DNA of 54,998 nt from Malacoraja senta (taxonomy: Eukaryota), in contig CM075989.1 of assembly GCA_038087875.1 (NCBI GenBank), forward strand, positions 25,422,001 through 25,476,998, in the 5' to 3' direction. How positions within the stretch are numbered: position 1 is the first letter of the stretch; every line of letters begins with the position of its first letter. This document shows, piece after piece, positions 1 to 13,580 of the stretch. Position numbers and translations under genes: made by a program. The notes beneath the pieces are model-generated. The model was not told the DNA's origin. It searched no databases and was given only the letters and a program-made list of their open reading frames with translations.

Positions 1-1409
<1,409 letters not shown>

Positions 1410-1715
1410 AAGGTACTGTACAAGTACTTTGCATCTGTTATCACCAAGGAGAAGGACATGGGGGACAGTGAGATCAATGTGGAGAGTACTGATATGCAGG
1501 GCAATTTGAGAGTAAGTAGGAAGAGGCGCTGGGACTCTTGAAGAGCATTATGTTGGATAAATCTCCACAACCTGATGGGATTTAACACAGGTTATTGAGA
1601 GCGGCAAAGTTTGCCTCTTCTCTAGCCACAGATGCGGTCCCGGAGAAATGGAGAGTAGCTAATGTTGTTCCTATTTTTAAGAAGGGATGCAGGGAATTAT
1701 TGGCCTGTGAGCTTT
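1410..1715 (+). mobile_element. Degenerate CR1 ORF2 fragment
   Basis: YFASV-TKEKD, DKSP-PDG and W-VANVVPIFKKG-like remnants. Confidence 0.7.
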
Positions 1716-2415
1716 AACATTTTGTCATAAATCTTTTCAGCATTCATGACCTAAATATTAACTTTGGGTCCGAGCGATGACTTTGGTTGGCAATCACAAA
1801 ACAAAGCTCCACAACACATCTCATTCAGAATGTCATATCAGCGGCCACACACTGAAAAAATAACAGTTCAGCAATAAACATTTAGGACATATGGAAACAC
1901 TCGGCAGGTCCGACAGTACCTATGGAGAGAGAAACAGGCCTTTTGGTAATCTGTATGTGTTTTAGTTTCAAGCTTTAAGAAACGTTGTTTTCATTTGTTA
2001 AAGAAAATGTCTCAATCCAAGAGTTCTTGTTTGCTGTGATGTGTGTGCTGTTAACCGGGTATTGGTCCACCCAGCCACCCATGCTACTGGCTACTGAAAC
2101 ACAATGGGTTCCATTTTAGTTGGAATTTCAATTGAGATTCAAAGTTACCATCTTGACAGCCACCCCATGCTATTACCTCCCTAATCTGCACTGTGCAATA
2201 CAGAACAAACAGTTTGGTTACATGCAAGGCTATGTGATATCTGTCTTGCAGTTACATTGTATTTAAATTCATAATTCATTGCAAGAATACAGGAAGCTCC
2301 TGCTGTTTTTCCATAGAGGATTCCTAATCTGCTGAGTGATTCCACCATTTTCTGTTACTATTTTGTACAAAGACTAGCTGTTTCATTTTAAATTCCAGAC
2401 AATGACCTATTACCT

Positions 2416-2581
2416 ACATAGAACATCGAACAGTACAGCACAGGAACAGATCTTTTGGCCCTCATGTCCATGCTGAACATGACTCTATGATAAACTGACC
2501 TCCTCTTCCTGCACTGATACATATCCCTCCATTCCTTGCAAATCTATATGCCTATCTAAAAGCCTCTTAAATGCCACTATC
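2416..2581 (-). mobile_element. Old CR1-type 3' end, target of the Tx1 insertion (resumes at 8974-9010)
   Basis: catagaac...tacagcacaggaacag tail and catatccctcc...tctaaaagcctcttaaatgccactatc, continuing as acatctgcctccaccacc after the insertion. Confidence 0.7.
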
Positions 2582-2838
2582 TTTTGTTTATTTTTTTATT
2601 TCAAAATAGACTTTGTTCAAGTAATAAATATATACAATACGTGAACCGTGCGAAAAATTCATCCGACATTTTCGGAGGCTATACAAATTGTTCAATACAG
2701 TTAATACATTTTTTCAAATTCCACAGATCTGTCCCCCACCCATGCCACTCATGTGGCCCCCTGGCGTGGGATACCTTCCCTTATTTTGAGGGGCGTCTCC
2801 ACCATACTGTGCCCCCCATGTCCAGCAGTGGAAGGACC

Positions 2839-5800
2839 CTAGACTGTGGCCCTCCCCCACCGAGCCTTGTCGTTGGTTGCACCAAGCTTCAGTGCGTCCC
2901 TCAGCACGTACTCCTGCAGTCTGCAGCGGGCCAGTCGGCAACATTCCCTGACGGACATCTCGCTCTGCTGTGTGGTGAACAATGCTCGGGCAGACCAAAG
3001 AGCATCTTTTGCCGAGTTGATGACCCTCCAGCAGCACCCGATGTCAGTCTCTGAATGTGTCCCTGGGAACAGTCCGTAAATCACAGAGTCCTCTGTGACG
3101 GAGCTGTTCGGGATAAAGCGTTCCAGGGACCCTTGAATACTTCTCCAGACTCTTTTTGCAAATCCACACTCTGCAAAGAGGTGGGCAACCGTCTCCTCTC
3201 CATAGCAGCCGTCCCGAGGGCAGCGTGCGCTGGCAGTGAGGTTCCGACGGTGCAGGAAGGATCTGACTGGGAGGGCTCCCCTCACCGCCAGCCAAGCCAA
3301 ATCTTGGTGCTTGTTGGTGAGTTCTGGCAATGAGGCATTTTGCCAGACAAGCTGGGCAGTCTGCTCTGGGAACCACGCCACCGGATCCATGGAGTCCTTT
3401 CCCTGCAGTGCCTGCAGGACGTTCCGTGCTGACCACTGCCCAATGGACATGTGGTCAAAGGTGTTGGTCCGGAAGAACCTTTCCACAGACAGATGGTGCG
3501 GCAATGTCCAGCTGACTGGCACATTGTGTGGCATCTGCGCCAGGCCCATCCTTCGCAACACCGGGGACAGGTAGAACCTCAGCAGGTAGTGACACGGTGC
3601 CCACGTGCCTTGGTTCTACACTCCGCCTGATGCAGCCACACACAAAGATGGCCATCAGGGTGAGGGCGACGTTGGGCACGCCTTTTACCCCCGTTGTCTG
3701 CTGACTTGTACATTGTGGCCCGTCGCACCCGGTCTATCCTTGACCCCCAGATGAACTGGAAGACGGCCCGGGTGATCCCTGTGGCGTAGGAGGGAGGGAC
3801 AGGCCACACTTGCGCCAAGTACAGCAGCCCCGAGAGCACCTCACACCTGATGACCAAATTTTTTCCGGTTATGGAGAGGGAGCGTTGCCTCCACAGCTCC
3901 AGCTTCTTCCCCACCTTGACTATCCGCTCCAGCCAATTCTTGTTACACGCCTCAGCCCCCCCGAACCAGATCCCCAGCACCTTCAAGAAGTCAGGCTTGA
4001 TGGTGAAGGGGACAGAAATTCGGTCGGGCCAGTTGCCAAATAGCATGGCCTCGCTCTTCCTGCGGTTCACCCTGGCTCCCGTGGCCGACTCAAACTGGTC
4101 GCAAATACTAATCAGTCTGCGGACCGACCCTGGATCCGAGCAGAAGACAGCGACATCGTCCATGTACAGGGAGGTTTTGACTTGAATGCCCCCACTGCCT
4201 GGCAATGTCACTGCTCTTATGCTCGCATCCTTCCTGATGGACTCGGCAAAAGGTTCAATACAGCAGACAAACAAGACAGGAGAGAGAGGGCACCCCTGCC
4301 TGACTCCAGACCTTACAGGGAAACTGTCTGATTTCCACCCATTGATTTGGACTGCACTACGGATATTGGGGTAGAGCAGTTTGATCCAATTTCGGATTCC
4401 CTCCTCAAAACCCATTTTGGAGAGCACGTCCCTCATGTACGTGTGCGATATCCTGTCGAAGGCCTTCTCCTGGTCCAAGCTGACTAGGCAGGTATCCACC
4501 CATCTGTCCTGCACTTGGGCGATGGTATCTCACAGCAGCACTAGGCTGTCTGAGATTTTCCTGCCAGGTACAGCACAGGTTTGGTCCGGGTGGATCACCT
4601 GTCCCAGAGCAGACTTGACCCGGTTGGCGATGGCCTTAGACAGGATCTTATAATCTACATTCAACAATGTGATGGGTCTCCAATTCTTTATGTCCTTCAT
4701 CTCCCCCTTCTGCTTGTAGATTAGGGTGATGCTGCCCTTCCTCATCGAGTCTGACATGCTGCCGGCTAGAAGCATGTCGTTGTACACTTCCAGCAGGTCC
4801 GGGCCCACCCAGTCCCACAGAGCTGAATACAACTCGGCCGGTAAGCCATCACTTCCGGGAGTTTTACTCGAGTCAAAGGAACGGATGGAGCCAGTCAGCT
4901 CCTCTAGGGTCAGTAGTTGCTCCAGACTCTCCCGCTTGCTGTCCTCCAAGACCTCCGTGATAGAGGACAGGAAGTTTTGGAAGGCGGTGCTGTCTGTGGC
5001 CTTTTTGTCATACAAATCCGTATAAAAGGATTTGCAGATCCTCAGCATATCCGTCTGCAAGGATGTTACCGAGCCGCCCTCCTCCCTAAGGCTGTTCATC
5101 ACAGAGCTTCCCCTGTGAACCTTATGGAAGAAGAAACGTGAGCACGTCTCATCCTGCTCCACATGGCGGACCCTGGATCGGAAGATGATCTTGGAGGATT
5201 CAGAGGTAAAGAGCCGGGCTTGCCGGTCCTTCACCTCTCTAAGTTCCTCCCTCACATCCACCCCTCTCGACTGCAGAAGGAGCAGTTGTTGCAAATCTGT
5301 CTGGAGTTGGCATAATTCCCTCTGACTCTCTGAACTCTTTTAACTATGAAGAACCTCTTAATGTTCTCCTTGGTTGCTTCCCACCAGAGTGTCGGGGAGT
5401 CAAAGAGGGGCCTCACCGTTCTCCAACATGCGTAGTCCCTCTTTAGCTCCTCAACGTTCTCTGCGGTCAACAGTTTCATATTTAACTTCCACGTCCCTCT
5501 GCCTGCCTTCTGGTCCTCCTGTAGGTGACAGAAAGCCCGAAGGAGGCAGTGGTCAGAGAAGAACACCGGCGTGAGGTCGGTGTGTCTCACCGTGACAGCC
5601 TTCGTCGTGAAGACAAATGTACGATCTCGACCAGGTGAACTGCGGCTGGGACCCGCCTGCAGGGTTGCTGAAGGCATCATCACCAGGTGAACTGCTGCTG
5701 GGACCCACCTGCAGGGTTGCTGAAGGCGTCGTGCAGCTTTGCATCTTTGACCGTCTCCATGAGGAACTTGGACGTGCTTGTCCAGTCTGTTGTCGGCACT

Positions 5801-7279
5801 GCCGGATCGTCCAGCCGCATCGATGATGCAGTTGAAGTCACCGGCCAGAACGAGCTGCCGGGACGTGGCCAGCAGCACTGGGAGCTGCTGGAGAACGGCC
5901 AGCCGCTCGCTCTGCACGGGTGAGGCATACACATTAATCAGCCGGAGCGGAGAACCACGGTACATAACATCCACCATGAGGAGACGGCCCCCAACCACCT
6001 CCCTGACCTCAGTGATGGCGAAGTTCCCTCCCCGCAGCAAGATCCCCAGGCCAGAATCGCAACAGTCATTGCCCCCCGACCACACCGACTGTCCGTGGAG
6101 CCACCATCGCGACCACCTCCGATAGCAACGGAGGTGTGGCAGCCCGCACTCCTGAAGAAAAGTCACATCTGCCTTGACCTTGGCCAGGTACTGTAAGGCA
6201 TTAACACATAGAAACATAGAAAATAGGTGCAGGAGTAGGCCATTCGGCCCTTCGAGCCTGCACCGCCATTCAATATGATCATGGCTGATCATCCAACTCA
6301 GTATCCCGTACCTGCCTTCTCTCCATACCCCCTGATCCCTTTAGCCACAAGGGCCACATCTAACTCCCTCTTAAATATAGCCAATGAACTGGCCTCAACT
6401 ACCTTCTGTGGCAGAGAATTCCACAGATTCACCACTCTCTGTGTAAAAAATGATTTTCTCATCTCGGTCCTAAAAGACTTCCCTCTTATCCTTAAACTGT
6501 GACCCCCTAGTTCTAGACTTCCCCAACATCGGGAATAATCTTCCTGCATCTAGCCTGTCCAACCCCTTAAGAATTTTGTAAGTTTCGATAAGATCCCCCC
6601 TCAATCTTCTAAATTCTAGCGTGTACAAGCCGAGTCTATCCAGTCTTTCTTCATATGAAAGTCCTGCCATCCCAGGAATCAGTCTGGCGAACCTTCTCTG
6701 TACTCCCTCTATGGCAAGAATGTCTTTCCTCAGATTAGGAGACCAAAACTGTACGCAATACTCCAGGTGTGGTCTCACCAAGACCCTGTACAACTGCAGT
6801 AGAACCTCCCTGCTCTTATACTCAAATCCTTTTGCTATGAATACTAACATACCATTTGCTTTCTTCACTGCCTGCTGCACCTGCATGCCTACTTTCAATG
6901 ACTGGTGTACCATGACACCCAGGTCTCGTTGCATCTCCCCTTTTCCTAATCGGCCACCATTCAGATAATAGTCTACTTTCCTGTTTTTGCCACCAAAGTG
7001 GATAACCTCACATTTATCCACATTATACTGCATCTGCCATGCATTTGCCCACTCACCCAACCTATCCAAGTCACCTTGCAGCCTCCTAGCATCCTCCTCA
7101 CAGCTAACACTGCCCTCCAGCTTCCTGTCATCCGCAAACTTGGAGATGTTGCATTCAATTCCCTCATCCAGATCATTAATATATATTGTAAATAACTGGG
7201 GTCCCAGCACTGAGCCTTGCGGTACCCGCGCAGTGCTCTTTATACTGCGCACGTTTAAAGATGCCAGTTTTAGCTCCAT
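2839..7279 (-). pseudogene. Tx1 ORF2 (AP endonuclease, reverse transcriptase, C-terminal CxxxC..HLF.EC motif), disrupted
   Basis: ATG at 7279 gives MELKLASLNVRSIKSTAR, resuming after the CR1 insert as CVNALQYL..FLQE..GDFNC..SDH; RT motifs PGSDGLP, WRPITLLNVDYKI, LDQEKAFDR, GVRQGCPLSP, YMDD; several frameshifts. Confidence 0.92.
6209..7226 (-). mobile_element. Young 5'-truncated CR1 nested in the Tx1 endonuclease
   Basis: VPQGSVLGP, KFADD and LVRPHLEYCVQFWSP, ending in GEKAGTGY*; (TTTCTATG) tail; near-identical to copies at 24.2, 28.2, 44.0 and 53.3 kb. Confidence 0.95.
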
Positions 7280-7290
7280 TGTCTTTAGAG

Positions 7291-8747
7291 TCACTGACCA
7301 TTCTCGTGTCCCCTCATGCCCACCGCTTCGGTGAATTGCCTCCGCTTTCTTGGGCTCAGGAACCCGGTGCCGGCATCCTCGATGAGGTGGGTTTCCTGTG
7401 GCGTAACCCAAGGTGTCGTTGGGGGGGGCCTACTCGTTCCACCCTCTTCTGGGCGCGCTGCTGCCTCCATCTCCTGTAGTTGGGGTATGGTGGCTGGTTC
7501 AGGGGTTGGATACCCTCGGCCGCTGCCCTCATTCCGATGTCCTGGGGCTGGAGCCCATCGGCCGCTGCTCTGCTCTCGGTCTCCTGGGGCTGGGGGATGA
7601 TCGGCGTGGCCTTTCTCTTTTCCTCCCCTGTTTTCTTCCTCTGCCTCCATCGTTGGGACTTCCCGGTCGCCTCATCCTCCGATGAGGAGAGGTTGCTGCC
7701 TTCTGTCAGGGAGAGAGATCTTTTTGGGGATTTATTTTTGGACTTACCAGCCCTTTCCGACCTCGGCTCTTTCGGCTGAACCCTCTGGTGCTTCTTGTAC
7801 GTCACCGTCGTCCATTTATCCTGCTGTTCCCCCTCCTCCATTGACTCTCCCTCCTGGGCAGGGTGCTGGGGGCCTCCTTCCGGCACTTGGGGGCTCGAGC
7901 TGGTCGGGCTGTCCTCGTCCCTGTTCCCCCTTTCTGCTGGGGTCTTGGCAGTGGTGGGGGGTGTCTCACCCACCCTGGAGGTGCTGGCAGCAGCCCCTCT
8001 TGTCGCCTGAGCATAGGTGCAGGCTCTTTTAGGGCAGGCCCTGTAAAGGTGGCCTGCCTCCCCGCACAGGTTGCAGTTCTTGCTGGCCTGACAGTCCTTT
8101 GTCTCATGGCCCTCCGTCTTGCAGTTCTTGCAGACAACTGCAGTGCATTGGACCATCACATGCCCAGGCTTGTTGCATTTCCTGCACAGTCTGGGCTGCC
8201 CCACGTAGCTCATGTATCCTCGGTTTCCTCCAATCGCGAAAACCGAGAGAGGGTGGAGGATTGCTCCGTCCTTGTACACCCTCAGCTTTACCTTCACTTG
8301 CCGCTTGCTCGTCCAGATCCCATTCAGGTCCTTCACGTCCACGCAGTTCCATGTTCCCTCAACGTAACGAGCAAGGAAGGTGAGGACATCCACTACGGGC
8401 ACATGTGGGTTGAACATGTGCACCATGATCATCCTGTCCTTCTGGGTGGGGGGGATGAAGAGCGGCTGCACTTTCAGTAGCGACAGCGGAGCTTCATTTC
8501 CCTTCTCCCGGAAGTCTTCCATCAACTTTTGCCTTCCCGTCGGATACTTGAAGGTAACATCAAAGTATCCGTTACCCGGGAAGTCCTGGAGGCAGTAGAT
8601 GTCCTTGGCCTCAAATTTGCAGGCCTCTAGCAAGACCTTCTTCACGAACAGGTCTCATGAGAAGGGGGTCCCCTTGCTGAGGTCCTTAACGCTGATTCTC
8701 AGGGTATTGCGGATACCCTGTACTCCCGCTCCAGTTGCTGCTGCCAT
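7291..8747 (-). pseudogene. Tx1 ORF1, zinc-knuckle (ZCCHC3-like) protein
   Basis: ATG at 8747 gives MAAATGAGVQGIRNTLRISVK, with an in-frame TGA near 8655; knuckles CRKCNKPGHVMVQC, CKNCKTEGHETKDC and CNLCGEAGHLYRAC; 3' end uncertain because of a frameshift. Confidence 0.9.
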
Positions 8748-8855
8748 TGTGGCTGAATGAGGTGTTAGGTTGGTTACCCAACCAGCATGGATCCACCTCT
8801 AAGCCCGCAGCTGACCGACTCCTCGTCACCGATTTCGCGCCGCGATCCACGGCCC

Positions 8856-8899
8856 TTGTCCCCAAGGGACCGCCAGAAATGTTCTAATAAGAACAGATA
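8856..8899 (-). ncRNA. U2 snRNA-like segment (about U2 nt 37-86) in the Tx1 5' UTR
   Basis: Minus strand TATCTGTTCTTATTAGAACATTTCTGGCGGTCCCTTGGGGACAA versus U2 TATCTGTTCTTATCAGTTTAATATCTGATACGTCCTCTATCCGAGGACAA: 13-nt exact match and two hairpins at the stem IIa and IIb positions. Confidence 0.65.
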
Positions 8900-8917
8900 G
8901 TCTCTTTTACTCAAATA

Positions 8918-8973
8918 CTCATCCTGGGAGAACCTCCTTGGTGATCAAGGTCTCTCCCCTGCCAGGTAAGTAT
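8918..8973 (-). ncRNA. U1 snRNA 5' fragment (nt 1-56) forming the 5' end of the Tx1 element
   Basis: Minus strand ATACTTACCTGGCAGGGGAGAGACCTTGATCACCAAGGAGGTTCTCCCAGGATGAG; 49/56 identical to vertebrate U1 as recalled, first 21 nt exact; no Sm site, so not a functional U1 gene. Confidence 0.93.
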
Positions 8974-9294
8974 TAAATGCCACTATCACATCTGCCTCCA
9001 CCACCCTCTGTGTAAGTGTGTGTACATGACAGTGGTCCTACAGATCTGCTGACTTTCCACGCTGAGACACACCATAGAGCTATACTGGGATCTCTCTGCC
9101 TCTGAAGATGAAGCTTAAAATGGCCCTGAACTCCTCAGTCTTTGGACATATGGATTGGCTGCAACCTGCCATAGATCACTCAGAACCGATAGTTTGCTGC
9201 AATCACATTGTGAAAGAGACTCCATTTAAAGTCAGGACAATTCAGCCCAACTGGGGAGTGGACAGCAGGCACCACATCACGCTGATTTGCCTCA

Positions 9295-9765
9295 GCCACC
9301 AAACACGACATCCAGAGGCTGCAGCGAATCGTCTGATCAGCTGAGAAGGTTATTGGCTGCAACCTTCCCTCCATTGACGAACTGTACACTGCAAGGGCCA
9401 GGAAGCGAGTAGGTAAGATCATCTCTGACCCCTCTCACCCTGGCCACAAACTCGTTGAGCAGGTAAGATCATCTCTGACCCCTCTGGAAGGCGACTCCGT
9501 ACTGTCGAAACTGCCACAGCCAGACACAAAAACAGCTTTTTTCCACGAGTAGTAGCTCTACTCAATAACCAAAAATTCATAGCCTCGTTTTGCTCTGGTA
9601 TTTTATTTAATTCACATCTTTAATCAATAATATTTTATTATTAATGTTTCATGTGTTATGTGTCATTCCTAACTGTCACTGTATTTCATGTTGTCACTTG
9701 TGGGCGGAGCACCAAGGCAAATTTCCTGTATGTGAATACTTGGCCAATAAACTTATTCATTCATT
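9295..9765 (+). mobile_element. Rex-Babar-type LINE 3' fragment
   Basis: AEKVIGCNLPSIDELY..DPSHPGH..PSGRR..KNSFFP..LLN; AATAAA followed by an (ATTC)n tail. Confidence 0.8.
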
Positions 9766-10806
9766 TAGTCGAACTTCCAGTTTCAGCACTCACAAGTCAT
9801 ACTGGTTTCACAACTAACTCACTTTGGGAATAAATCACAGGAACACTCCACATGACGTCTCGTTCATTTCACCCCACTTCCCTTTCCCACTCACAATGCG
9901 CCTTTGCCTCCCATCACCTTTCTCTCCTCTCTTCCTGCTTACTTCACACTTCTGCCCCTCTCTTTTCCAGCCTCTGCTTTTGTACAACTTACCACCTCCC
10001 CACTCCCCCTCTGTGTCCACCATGCCATCCCACTACCTGCTGTCTTCCCTGATTGGCGGGGCAGAAGCAATGTGCTGTGATCCAGCTGATGTCATGGTGA
10101 TGTCACCCTGACTACCTGTGAGCTCAGGGCCTGCATTGTGACTTGTGACTGGTCTGTCTCCTTTTCAACAGCCCTCTCTGCCTCGTCTTCCAAACAGTTG
10201 CGTTTTGTGTTCAATACAGATAAAGGGAGCGCTTTTCAGATGTTTTGAAAGCCCTTGCAAATATTTTATCCTGAACCTTCAGAAACGAAAACAACCAGTT
10301 GAAGCTTCCATCTCAATGAATTCCATTTTCTTTTATTTAAACTCTAGATCAGTGCTATTTGACACCGATGACGAGGTAAAAATAATCCATTTTAACTCTG
10401 AATTGCATTCTATTTTTTTTGTCAGGCTGTCTGTACATTGGTGACACCAAGGAACAAGCTGTTTCAAAGAGACAGGGGTCTCATTTCCGCTAGTAGGTAG
10501 ATGGAGATAGATCTGCACGAGCCAGACAGTTTGTGCATACTCACTAAACCACTGACCTCCCTTTCCCTTGCTGGAGAGGTTGCATATATTAAAGCAAAAT
10601 CACATCAGGCTACATTGATTTGGTTTATTGATAAGGTGAATGAGGGTAATTCACTTGATATTCTGTATTTCCATATTTCGGCCCATCGATTCTATGCAAG
10701 CTCACAGAGAAATCCCAGCCCCCATTAATTTACTCTGTATCCTATTCTCCGACATTGCCTTGAATTAATTCCAGATTCCACCACTCACTTTACTGATCAA
10801 TTAACC

Positions 10807-11159
10807 TGAAGGTCGCGGCACCCGGTGGTCGAGCTCCCTCGTCAGAAGTCGAGACTGTCACGTGACAGGGGCTTTTTTATAGTGTTCTTTGGAACGACAA
10901 AAACTTTAAAAACGTTTCTCTCAACCAAGTGCACATCTATTTCAAATGCTGTTTTGTTAATAAAACTACCCGCTTGGTCTCGCTACAATTGGCGACCCCG
11001 TCAATCCAATACGTTTCTTTTGGATCTGCTACTATGGAAGCAGCCACTAACCTCAACGCCAACCCAGCCCAGCAGAACGCAGTTTCGCTAAAGCTGCCTG
11101 TTTTCTGGATGGCACAACCTCACGTATGGTTTCAGCTCTACCCGCTTTGTCTTGCTACA
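10807..11159 (+). mobile_element. Internally deleted Gypsy LTR retrotransposon (5' LTR, PBS, gag start, 3' LTR tip)
   Basis: LTR-like TG..AATAAA..CGCTACA (10807-10987); PBS TGGCGACCCCGTC (tRNA-Trp-like); gag start NAVSLKLPVFW..QPHVWFQ; the LTR end is repeated at 11138-11159. Confidence 0.75.
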
Positions 11160-13299
11160 AAGGTGTCTAGCAACAAGACAGAGAATTATGGTAGAAACAA
11201 GCAACTGCAGATGCTGATTTACAAACAAAGACACAAGGTGCTGGAGTAATTGAGCAGATTATGGTGTTAGCTGTTTTGTTTCAGATTGGAGGGAGTTTAC
11301 TGAGGTTTAGCACTGTTGTCTTTGATGAACATTAATATCTTAGCCTTGGGTTCTGGCAAAATTCTGTTGCTAACATTGAGTACGATTGTGGTCGAGCTCA
11401 AGGGGACGCTGGAAGGATGCTTCAATGGCAGTAGTGCACGTTCATCTTCAAAGTGTCCCCCAGAGGTATGAAGGGAAATATATTAGTGGGAAGAATAAGG
11501 AGAACAGATATGAGTGTAAAGGGAGTGTAAGAACAGAAAGACATGGGCTTGAATCTTTGAAGTAGTTCAGAAATCATGTGGATTCATGGCCTTTAATTCT
11601 AGCTGTTTATAGAGCACAAAATCCAGGAGGTTAAGTGCTCTATAACGTACAATAATGTGCACCTAATAAGGTACTAATTTAGTCTCAGGGGGAATATTTT
11701 CTCCAATTCTGCTACCTTAATCTATGAAGGTTATGGAGAGTAGTATGGGGATTTATGACAGTGTTTTGGCATTTGTTTATTATTGTCACGTGCTTCAAGA
11801 TACAGGAGGACTCCCTGGGCCACAGCATGGAGTAGTAACAGCAATGGGTCTTGAGAGAGAAGTTTGTAAATTCAACATGCGGGGCGCTTCCACCCAGAGT
11901 TGCTTTGGCCTCTGCCCATGCTATGTAGTTACGCTCTCTGGGTGCACCGCTCCCCGGTTAAACCACTCACCTGGTGCCGAGAGACAGCTGCAGAATTCAA
12001 TGCACATTGAGAGGTTCACATCCCCATTGGGAAAACGCAACTAGTCATTCAGAGAGCTACAGTCAGTCAGAGAAAGGAAATGGTCAGAGGAAGATGTCTG
12101 ACACCATGCAGATGGTCACACCACTAAGGGAAAGGTGCATGGAGGAGGTTCCCCATGGCGATCGACACTGCTGCTGTGAGGAGTTGTGGAGGCAACAATT
12201 TGTTGGAGGGAGCGGACAATGGTGTCGGGGGGAGTGGACATTGGTGTTGGAAGAACCAGGCATTGGTGACAGAGGGACGGAGAAGTTTCCCATGGGGCAG
12301 AGGAGCAACAGGCCAACTGGAAAGCTCCAATGTTCTTCCTAAACTGTACCTAAGATGTTCAACCCGGAACTAATGTGGTGTAATGGGAACACGTTACCAT
12401 GGCCCAGATCTGCAAATGCAGTGGGAAGTCAACTATGCAACACTGCCTACTTGGCTCACTGTCTGAGGAGAAGCCATGTCTTGTCTGAGCCAATTTATCA
12501 CTTTTGCTTTATACCTATCAATAGAAACATCTATAATATTGTTGAATAGATATACAAAGTAAAAAAACAATCCGAGTTTTCCTAAGGAGGAGGGATGTAG
12601 CATTGCATTGGCCCACAGAGATCCCGCCGTTTATACTAATCCCATCTGGATAAGGGGCTAGCTCATGGATTGTAGACAGAATGGTCGACTTTTGTGCCAT
12701 ATCTTTTTATGATTTATATGATTTTCTCTAAGGTTTTTCCTCAAAAAAGGCTAAAATGGGATTTCACAGAGATGATTGAAATAAAACATTTGGATGGAAT
12801 TTATTATGGAATATATCCAATGGCTAAAGAATTTATGTTAGGAAAAAAATGATTTAAGGTGAATGGTAAATGTTTGAGGTGACATGAAACAAGCATTTTC
12901 ATCCGGTGGTTGGTGAGTGTTTAAAATGCTCCGTCTCCTGGAGACGTGGGAACAGATTGAACCTTCAAACAGAAATTGGGGTAAAAAATGCTGTAAGGTG
13001 GGGAAGGAGCATGGCGATTGGGATGCAAAGCCAAGGCAGGCCCAATGGGCTGAATGGCCTCTTTCATTATGTACACTATGGCAGGAAATACCTAAATATA
13101 AAGGACTAGAGAAGAATCCAAGGCATTTGATGACATCTAAGGGAATTAGCAAGCACAGAAGAGAGCGCTGCCTGTCCTGTCTTGCTTCATTTCAGTGTAA
13201 GGTATACATTTCTTCCTAGCCTGGCAATTTACCCTTTATTTATCTTTGAATATCTTGAATATCTCCTCTTTGTTTAACATTTCCTATACTTTCAGTGAA

Positions 13300-13570
13300 C
13301 TCCTGCATTTGGAGTATTGTGTACAGTTCTAAACACCCTATTACAGGAAGGATGTGGAGGCTTTGGAGAGAGTTCAGAGGAGGTTTACCAGAATGCTGCC
13401 TGGATTAGAGGATATTAGTTATCTAAAGAGATTGGATAAACTTGGATTGTTTTCTCTGGAATGTCAGAGATTGAGAGGATATATAAAATGTTGCGAGGCA
13501 AGGTTAGGGTAGACGATCAGAATCTTTTTCCACAGGGTGGAAATGTCAAATATGAGGGGCCATGGCTTGA
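13300..13570 (+). mobile_element. Degenerate CR1 3' RT fragment
   Basis: HLEYCVQF..YRKDVEALERVQRRFTRMLPG remnants. Confidence 0.75.
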
Positions 13571-13580
13571 ACATTTGAAA

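Larger units (their letters stand above)
2582..8973 (-). mobile_element. Full-length Tx1-clade (L1 group) non-LTR retrotransposon, inactivated, with snRNA-derived 5' head
   Basis: TSD (T)TAAATGCCACTATC at 2567-2581 and 8973-8987; A-rich tail near 2582-2602 on minus; ORF1 with 3 CCHC knuckles; ORF2 APE-RT-C-terminal zinc motif. Confidence 0.95.

Noticed and set aside
6470..7411. 313-aa ORF fusing the Tx1 ORF2 N-terminus to CR1 RT
   Set aside because: Chance in-frame junction of a nested insertion; the RT is incomplete.
8918..8973. Functional U1 snRNA gene
   Set aside because: Only nt 1-56 are present, with no Sm site or 3' stem; upstream sequence is the TSD and CR1 remnant, not an snRNA promoter.
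9100..9145. KMKLKMALNS as an EF-hand region remnant
   Set aside because: Superficial match only; no DxNxDG loop or supporting splice sites.
10348..10496. Possible small upstream exons (10348-10375 and from 10426)
   Set aside because: Splice-like signals are present, but the intron would be only 50 nt and there is no similarity to SCaMC EF-hands.
11724..12373. Cluster of 60-120 aa ORFs
   Set aside because: No recognisable domain or exon structure.
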